In this document: piece after piece, positions 9,187 to 15,874 of the stretch | How positions within the stretch are numbered: position 1 is the first letter of the stretch | How the letters are laid out: every line of letters starts with the position of its first letter | Origin: a virus | Lineage: Duplodnaviria; Heunggongvirae; Uroviricota; Caudoviricetes | IMG/VR virus record: IMGVR_UViG_2671180770_000015 | Length of the DNA stretch: 15,874 nucleotides | Reading direction: 5' to 3' (one strand) | Translations under genes and position numbers: made by a program | The notes under the pieces: model-generated | What the model saw: the letters and a program-made list of their open reading frames with translations, nothing else | Database searches by the model: none | What the model was told of the DNA's origin: nothing

Positions 9187-10578
9187 TCAGCTGGCCGGAT
9201 CAATTCGCTGGCTCTCCCCGTCGCTGTCACCGCGCAATGACTGCGTGATGTTGTAACGATCAATAATCCAGCGTTCGCCACGGCTGCCATAGCCCGTTAC
9301 CTGAACCACAAAACGGCGATGACGTCCCGCCTGCACATCCACTGTCGCCACAAGGAAATTAACGCCATCCGGCACACTGCGGGAAGGAACTGGCTCTGCC
9401 CGCTGCTCAAGCAATTCACTTTTTCGTTGCTCCATGCTGGCGCGGGGAAGATAAGGTAATCCCCAGTCGGTATTGATAACCGTCTTGAGTGTCTCTTCAC
9501 TTCCGGTTGTCTCGTATTCCTGTTCTGCAGTAAGCAGTTTGTAAACGAGTTGCGAGAGTGTCTGATAAGCAGCTGCCGGACCCTCCATCCAGAATGACGC
9601 AATACGTGAACGCCGGGGATCACCATAACGACTGCCATCTGCATTGATGGATTCACCATCCCGTAACCAGACCCCACGTCCGTTCAGCTCGCGTTTTTGT
9701 TCAGGCAAAATCCGTCCTGAACAGGAAGGACACTGAATATAAGCCGCCTCACTTGCCAGCACAGGATCGGCAATATCACGGAAACCAGCAACCACATCGC
9801 CGCAGGGCTGAAAATACTCACCACAGTGTGGACAGGGCCAGTACCAGCGACGGCGATCGCCACGGTTATAGAGCGACAGGATCCCCGTGGTTGGTGGAGC
9901 CTCATGCGGTGAAGTCCGTCGCCATTTCACATCCTTCACATCCCTGCCGGGGGAACTCTCCACAAGCGTCATACCACTGGACATAAATGTGGTGGTACGT
10001 TTTGAGGCAAGAGAGAAGGCATCCCCCTCACCATCAATATCTTCCGGAAAACGGTCATAATCCGTCAGCGCCACGCATTTATAATCTGATGAAGACATGA
10101 TATTGACTGACGGCCAGCCGATTTTCAGGTAGTTGCCAGCAAGGAATGTTCTGTCATAAACGTTGTTGTCATTTTTGTTCGGACTCAGGCGACTGACCAC
10201 TTCCGGGCTGACGCGAAACGTTCTGGCGAGTCGTTTTTTGGAGTGTTCGCGGGCTTTTTCCTCCGTCATCTGAATGATCAGCATATCAGCAGGATCGCAA
10301 ATCACGTTGTAAATCACCCAGCCGTCAATCAGGCCGATAGTCTTGCCGGTTCGTGCCGGGCCAACAAATATCACTGCGTCGTATTCACGCGAGGCCAGGC
10401 AGTTCATCGGCTCAATAACATACGGTGCCACCAGCGGATCCCACGGGACTGAGTTCCCTGCCCCCATGGGCACCCGCATATACTGAGCAACGGCATCAGC
10501 AACCCGCATTCGTCTCGGTGCGCGAAGGATATAACCTGAATCGGTTCGTGCTGCCTTTGCGGTTTCCTGATTCAGCAT
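9187..10578 (-). pseudogene. Terminase large subunit (lambda gpA-like), truncated to 463 aa (lambda gpA is ~640 aa)
   Basis: WYWPCPHCGEYFQ matches the lambda gpA FHVACPHCGEEQY region, and the ORF ends at ...WIIDRYNIT..., equivalent to about gpA residue 480. The downstream sequence is portal-derived, not terminase. The start overlaps the terminase small subunit stop (ATGA). Confidence 0.8.
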
Positions 10579-11072
10579 TACTCCTCCTGCTGTAATTCCT
10601 CCTCATCATCCGCACCTGCTTCAGTCACCCGCAGGGCTATCTGATCGCGCAGATCATCAATAATGGACTGAACACGGCTCACAGCGGCAGGCTGCAGACC
10701 GCAGTCACGTTCCAGAATATCCGGTAATGTCTCCAGCACCTGCACGACCGCTTTTGCCCAGATGGCAAACTCCCGTCTGACATCACTGGCCGGAATGAGT
10801 TGCGCCGTTTCCTGTTCGAACTTAAGACGCTCACGTTCAGACTGATACCTGGCTTTGCGCTCATGCGCGTCCATTTCGCCTTCTGCAACCGGCGGTGGTA
10901 ATGCCAGAAATGCCGACACAATATCAACCACCCGATAAAGCTTGAGGTTGCTTTCATGCCCCCCTGCAACGGGTAGATTTTGCAGCCTTGCCGCAGCAGT
11001 CTGGCGATGTACACCTGACAGTGCCGCCAGTTGACTGATATTCAGCGTCAGATTTTTTAACTCTCGATCCAT
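10578..11072 (-). CDS. Terminase small subunit (Nu1-like DNA packaging protein with N-terminal HTH)
   Basis: 164-aa ORF with an N-terminal helix-turn-helix-like segment (LTLNISQLAALSGVHRQT), an acidic C-terminus, a GGAG ribosome-binding site and a position between cos and terminase large. Confidence 0.7.
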   Translation of the reverse strand: MDRELKNLTLNISQLAALSGVHRQTAAARLQNLPVAGGHESNLKLYRVVDIVSAFLALPPPVAEGEMDAHERKARYQSERERLKFEQETAQLIPASDVRREFAIWAKAVVQVLETLPDILERDCGLQPAAVSRVQSIIDDLRDQIALRVTEAGADDEEELQQEE

Positions 11073-11236
11073 ACCCGCTCCAGAATGTTTTAAACATGCA
11101 TCTTGCGAACGACTTTAGGCAAACGGTGTTAGTGATGAACAAAAAACAATCAAAATCGACACCACAAAAATAAAAATACTGTAATATCAATCTATTACAG
11201 TAGTGGTGATGACGGATGAAATTTCAAAAACTAGCC

Positions 11237-11300
11237 TTTTTCCGCGACGCTCCCGCCCCGTGGCAGGGGCCCCCACCGGGAGGACCCGACAGCCTGACAG
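11237..11300 (-). other. cos site (cosN/cosQ-like cohesive-end region)
   Basis: The minus-strand sequence GGGTCCTCCCGGTGGGGGCCCCTGCCACGGGGCGGGAGCGTCGCGG resembles lambda cosQ/cosN (GGGTCCTTTCCGGTGATCCGACAGGTTACGGGGCGGCGACCTCGCGG) and lies ~170 bp upstream of the terminase small start. Confidence 0.55.
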
Positions 11301-11438
11301 CCGTGACGAGCATCTGATACAGCGCTTTACATAATGGCATAGGAATAATTCAGAAGGACATCACAGCATGCCCACACAAATTAGTGTGAGTGTCCTGTTT
11401 CTTCCTACGCACAGGACTGACGAGCATGAGGGGAAAAT

Positions 11439-11606
11439 ATGCGAACCATAAATGCCTCATCTTCAGCAATGCAGCCGGCATCCGAACAGGACGATATTGT
11501 AAATTCACCTAATTACGAGGACATTGCAGTAGTTGAATTGCAGCTCTGTATTAGCCTGACAGTGACAGAATGCGACATTGACTCTGTCACAGGTGAAATA
11601 GTTTGA
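11439..11606 (+). CDS. Hypothetical small protein (55 aa), not in the ORF track
   Basis: ATG at 11439 preceded by GAGGGG at about 7 nt spacing; translation MRTINASSSAMQPASEQDDIVNSPNYEDIAVVELQLCISLTVTECDIDSVTGEIV; no family recognised. Confidence 0.3.
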   Translation: MRTINASSSAMQPASEQDDIVNSPNYEDIAVVELQLCISLTVTECDIDSVTGEIV

Positions 11607-11626
11607 ATGATTAGCAGTTATGGTGC

Positions 11627-11833
11627 TCAGTCAACCACCAGGGAATAATCCTTCGAATTCTTATCGTGCTTCACCAACGCTGCCTCAATTGCCCTGAATG
11701 CTTCCAGAGACACCTGATGTTCTATACATGCAATTACAACATCCGGGTAACTCATAGAAATGGTGCTATTAAGCATATTTTTTACACGAATCAGATCCAA
11801 CGAGAGTTCATCAGCAGATTGTTCTTTATTCAT
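11627..11833 (-). CDS. Small prophage protein, YbcW/YnfO-like (68 aa)
   Basis: 68-aa [60 protein letters not shown]...; recalled similarity to small proteins found beside Nu1 homologues in K-12 cryptic prophages. Confidence 0.5.
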   Translation of the reverse strand: MNKEQSADELSLDLIRVKNMLNSTISMSYPDVVIACIEHQVSLEAFRAIEAALVKHDKNSKDYSLVVD

Positions 11834-12133
11834 TTTGTCGCTCCATGCGTTTGCTCGTCATCTAGCGGTTAAAATATTACTTCAAATCTTTCTGCATAAA
11901 AGAGGAAAAGTATGAAAGTTTGAGTACATCGACCTTACATACATCTGTCGGTTGCATATCCCTCCTGGATGCCAGCAAGGCTCAACTTTGTTACGCAATC
12001 AACACTATTCATTAAAAACAGGCTTAATATTTGACATAAATCATCAACAAAACACAAAGAGGTCAGACCAGATTGAAACAATAAACACGATAATGCAAAC
12101 TACGCGCCATCGTATCACATGGAAGGTTTGCCA

Positions 12134-12544
12134 ATGGCTCAGGCTGCCATTTTTAAAGAAATATTCGATCAAGTGCGTAAAGATTTAAACTGTGAATTAT
12201 TTTATTCTGAGCTAAAACGTCACAATGTCTCACTTTATATTTACTATTTAGCCACAGATAATATTCACATTGTGTTAGAAAACGACAACATAGTGTTAGT
12301 AAAAGGACTCAAAAAGGTTGTAAATGTTAAATTCTCCAGAAACAAACATCTTATAGAGACCTCCTATAATAAGTTGAAATCAAAAGAAATCACATTTCAA
12401 CAATACAGGGAAAATCTTGCTAAACCAGGAGTTTTCCGATGGGTTACAAATATCCAGGAACACCAAAGATATTACTATGCCTTTGATAACTCATTACTAT
12501 TTACTGAAAGCATCCAGAAAACTACACAGATCTTACTACGCTAA
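12134..12544 (+). CDS. ydfO: DUF1398-family prophage protein (YdfO/YbcV-like), 136 aa from the second Met
   Basis: The ORF track starts at 12119; the ATG at 12134 ([11 protein letters not shown]...) is preceded by GGAAGG. Assignment is from length and synteny with the Qin cspI-gnsB-ydfO cluster, not a sequence match I can verify. Confidence 0.45.
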   Translation: MAQAAIFKEIFDQVRKDLNCELFYSELKRHNVSLYIYYLATDNIHIVLENDNIVLVKGLKKVVNVKFSRNKHLIETSYNKLKSKEITFQQYRENLAKPGVFRWVTNIQEHQRYYYAFDNSLLFTESIQKTTQILLR

Positions 12545-12644
12545 ACCATAACGTCCGACTTCTCTCACTCCTGAGCCGGACTGCATTGGTTTAATAAAAA
12601 CCATCAACAATTGTGATTTAGATATTCGGAACCATTCAAATATA

Positions 12645-12685
12645 ACAAAACCCCGTAAAAACGAGGTTTATGGATAAATTTTATT
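12645..12685. terminator. Bidirectional hairpin between convergent ydfO-like and gnsB-like genes
   Basis: AACCCCG-taaaaa-CGAGGTT hairpin at 12649-12668 with T-rich flanks on both strands. Confidence 0.4.
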
Positions 12686-12868
12686 ATTGAATACATCAGA
12701 TTAAATTAATCTTGACATCATAGCTTTCAAGACCCGTCATTTTTTCCCGTGCGGTAAACTGAATACTGGTAACTTCTTTCCCGGTCTTTTTCTTAAGTTC
12801 AATAATTTTTTTGTTATATATTCAGAAATATCTGCTTCTGCTTTTGTTTTTAAGTCTTCAATATTCAT
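12686..12868 (-). pseudogene. gnsB: GnsA/GnsB-family small protein gene, disrupted by a frameshift in a homopolymer run
   Basis: Minus-strand start MNIEDLKTKAEADISEYITKK, then after a 7-base A-run (plus-strand T-run at 12806-12812) the GnsA/B-like sequence IIELKKKTGKEVTSIQFTAREKMTGLESYDVKINLI continues in another frame. The frame is restored by a single-base insertion in this run (8 A instead of 7). Confidence 0.6.
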
Positions 12869-13038
12869 CATTTCCTCTTTTAGTCTGTTATGACTTTCCA
12901 GTTAGACAGTAAGTCGATTATATGGTGCAAACGTGTAAAAGATAAGATGAAACATCGCAATAATCAACATACGATAGTCTAAATTTTACACAAACAGACA
13001 AAGAGAATTTCCCGAATTATCAATGCAATAGCATCAAA

Positions 13039-13230
13039 TCAACTCAAGAGCCTTATTGCTGCTTCCAGAATTTCTTCTGAAGTAACATGTCGATCCGCGG
13101 CTACATAAATGACTTTATGATCTCCGGTCAGAGATGGAAACCCTGCGGCCATTACAGTAAGGTGTGTTTTTTCGCCATTTGGATATTCACGCATGATGGT
13201 GTTAACTCCAGTCATCGCTGGCACTACCAC
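13039..13230 (-). CDS. Hypothetical protein (63-aa ORF; possibly a longer protein interrupted by a homopolymer frameshift)
   Basis: ORF MVVPAMTGVNTIMREYPNGEKTHLTVMAAGFPSLTGDHKVIYVAADRHVTSEEILEAAIRLLS from a GTG start. Upstream, an ATG at 13270 (MKKIIVFF) would join this frame if the 9-base A-run at 13246-13254 (on the + strand) were 8 bases. Confidence 0.4.
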   Translation of the reverse strand: MVVPAMTGVNTIMREYPNGEKTHLTVMAAGFPSLTGDHKVIYVAADRHVTSEEILEAAIRLLS

Positions 13231-13312
13231 TGCTGGTTCAGAGTTAAAAAAAAACTATGATTTTTTTCATGATGTTACCGTAGTATGTGAGTATCCATCG
13301 AATAGACACCAA

Positions 13313-13352
13313 GCAAAAAAGCTCCCGAAGGAGCCTTCATTTTCACTTTTTT
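13313..13352. terminator. Intrinsic terminator (bidirectional hairpin) downstream of the cold-shock gene
   Basis: GCTCC-cgaa-GGAGC at 13321-13334, flanked by AAAAAA (13315-13320) and T-rich sequence; gives a U-tract on the minus strand. Confidence 0.65.
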
Positions 13353-13541
13353 AAATCCAACGACAGACGGCTGGCATTTAAGTATTGTGAAATATTATCA
13401 AATGTAATCATCATTGATTTACAAAAGATACATTTTGCCCCGAAAGGATTCATGTCAGAAACATCAAAAGATGATGTTCTATACTGGGAACCATGACAAC
13501 ACGGGCATCTAAAGTGAATATGGTTTGTAATATTGTCTACC

Positions 13542-13754
13542 TCAAAGCGCCACTACATGAACAGCGGCAGGACCTTTAGGTCCGTTCTCAATACCAAATT
13601 CAACTTCCTGATTCTCAGTTAATGTTTTGAAATCGTTGCTCTGAATTGCTGAGAAATGGACAAACACATCTTTGCTGCCATCTTTCGGCGTGATGAAACC
13701 AAAACCTTTTTCAGGGTTAAACCATTTCACTAAACCAGTCATTTTGTTAGACAT
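13542..13754 (-). CDS. cspI: Cold-shock protein, CspA family (CspI-like)
   Basis: 70-aa [41 protein letters not shown]... with the RNP1/RNP2 cold-shock domain motifs; symbol assigned by synteny with the Qin lysis cassette. Confidence 0.9.
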   Translation of the reverse strand: MSNKMTGLVKWFNPEKGFGFITPKDGSKDVFVHFSAIQSNDFKTLTENQEVEFGIENGPKGPAAVHVVAL

Positions 13755-13920
13755 AATTATTACCTTTTGAAGAAATTAGCCCTTGGGCAGAATGGTCCGA
13801 AAAAAAATATCAGAGAGAAAAACCAACAAGGAAATCTCAAGAGGTACAAATAATAAAATTATAACAATGACTGCTTCAGATAAATTTGTAACAAACCAGA
13901 ACACCATTAACGCATGATTA
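13755..13920 (-). promoter_or_regulatory. Probable long AT-rich 5' leader and promoter region of the cold-shock gene (extent uncertain)
   Basis: About 360 bp of AT-rich non-coding sequence lies between the Rz stop (14117) and the csp start (13754); CspA-family genes typically have long structured 5' UTRs. No promoter hexamers could be placed with confidence. Confidence 0.3.
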
Positions 13921-14116
13921 ACCACCCATAGCAAGGATTACTTTTGTAAAGAAAAACACAGCAATGAAAGAATAGCTTTATTTATTAATAAAACGTGTCA
14001 TTCTGATTAAGACCTTTTATCTTACCCTTAAGATTTCAGGAATTTTGGCTCATGGAAGAGTCCTTTTTATTTAAATTTTACATTCCGCGATGTAAATGTT
14101 CCGATTTAATATTACC

Positions 14117-15140
<1,024 letters not shown>

Positions 15141-15144
<4 letters not shown>

Positions 15145-15452
15145 AGATATTTATGATGAGGACGCTCGTGCTTATTGGCAGGATTTTCAATCTTAAAGGA
15201 GTACTGATGCTGCAGATAAGACTCAACTTTTTCTGACAATTTTTCTGCTACTTCCAGGAAGACTTGCCGGACGCTCCTTCTGGCTGCTGCCTCATAAAAC
15301 TCCAGCGCAGCTCCTTCAACACGGTCCATGGCGACATCCAGGTCAAAAATTTCACCGTCAAAGCGTTCTTTGTCCTGTAAGGCTACAGTTACCGTAACTT
15401 TATTCTCAAAATTACGGACTCCTTTCACAACCAGTTCATAGTCTTGAGTCAT
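15141..15452 (-). CDS. ydfR: YdfR-like protein (DUF1327), conserved between holin and endolysin in Qin-type lysis cassettes
   Basis: 103-aa ORF lying between holin and endolysin; its stop overlaps the endolysin start (ATGA). Identification is by position and length. Confidence 0.65.
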
Positions 15453-15456
15453 TGGA

Positions 15457-15672
15457 TTACTCTCCTCTCGCAGCCTTACGCCTGTCTTCTTTAATCTTGA
15501 AATAAAGATTTGTCAGATACGTCAGCAGGCCAAATACCAGGCTACCCAGCACACCTATTGCTGCCCACTGTGAGGGCGTGACTTTATCGAGCAGCTGTAA
15601 AAACCAGTAGCCAGCACTGCCTGCGGAGGTGCCGTAGGCAATGCCTGTTGAAATTTTGTCCATGGATTTCAT
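15457..15672 (-). CDS. essQ: Class II pinholin (S21-like) with dual-start motif
   Basis: The 71-aa form starts at the ATG at 15672, preceded by [38 protein letters not shown]... closely matches phage 21 S21 as recalled; the Met1-Lys-Ser-Met4 arrangement gives antiholin and holin starts. The upstream extension in the ORF track is unlikely to be translated. Confidence 0.85.
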   Translation of the reverse strand: MKSMDKISTGIAYGTSAGSAGYWFLQLLDKVTPSQWAAIGVLGSLVFGLLTYLTNLYFKIKEDRRKAARGE

Positions 15673-15774
15673 AGCCTCACCTCCGCACGGAACGGATGGC
15701 ATAGTTATTATGTGTAGGCTTCCAGACACATCAATCAGAACCTTAATTGATATATATGCTGGAGACGATGCAAT

Positions 15775-15874
15775 GGCTTTGTTGAATAAATCGAACTTTT
15801 GCTGAGTTGAAGGATCAGATCACGCATCCTCCCGACAACACAGACCATTCCGTGGCAAAGCAAAAGTTCAGAAT
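15775..15874 (+). mobile_element. Partial IS903-group (IS5 family) insertion sequence, terminal 100 bp only; element body would continue beyond the right window edge
   Basis: Begins GGCTTTGTTGAATAAATCGAACTTTTGCTGAGTTGAAGGATCAGATCACGCATC..., which I recall as the IS903 end including its terminal inverted repeat; exact inverted copy of 1-100. Confidence 0.7.

Noticed and set aside
10679-11190. Minus-strand ORFs 10679-11014 and 10954-11190 overlapping the terminase small subunit and cos region
   Set aside because: Alternative frames of the terminase small gene or of non-coding cos DNA; no ribosome-binding site and unconvincing composition.
13287-13496. Plus-strand 69-aa ORF downstream of the csp gene
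   Set aside because: Spans a terminator hairpin and AT-rich non-coding DNA, with no ribosome-binding site; the minus-strand small ORF in the same region is a slightly better candidate.

Overview
This window is a decayed lambdoid (Qin/lambda-like) cryptic prophage segment, almost entirely on the minus strand, bracketed by two inverted 100-bp copies of what I recognise as the terminal end of an IS903-group insertion sequence. Reading from high to low coordinates: a complete lysis cassette (dual-start pinholin, YdfR-like protein, SAR endolysin, Rz with embedded Rz1); an AT-rich accessory island with a cold-shock gene (cspI-like), a frameshifted gnsB-like gene and small ORFs; a cos site and terminase small subunit; a C-terminally truncated terminase large subunit joined to the 3' half of a portal gene; a ClpP-type protease/major capsid fusion; a putative DUF2190-like head protein and an FII-like head-tail joining protein; a gpZ-like 5' stub joined to the 3' end of the tape measure gene, itself joined to the 3' end of lom; and an intact lambda-type side tail fibre gene (stf) with its assembly chaperone (tfa). 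On the plus strand at the left end is a serine recombinase (pin-like) remnant that lacks its catalytic N-terminus and abuts the IS end. No rRNA, tRNA or CRISPR array was seen. All homology calls are from memory of protein families, not from searches. The most notable structure is the composite-transposon-like bracketing by IS ends; the prophage itself looks non-viable, with no tail shaft and broken packaging genes.
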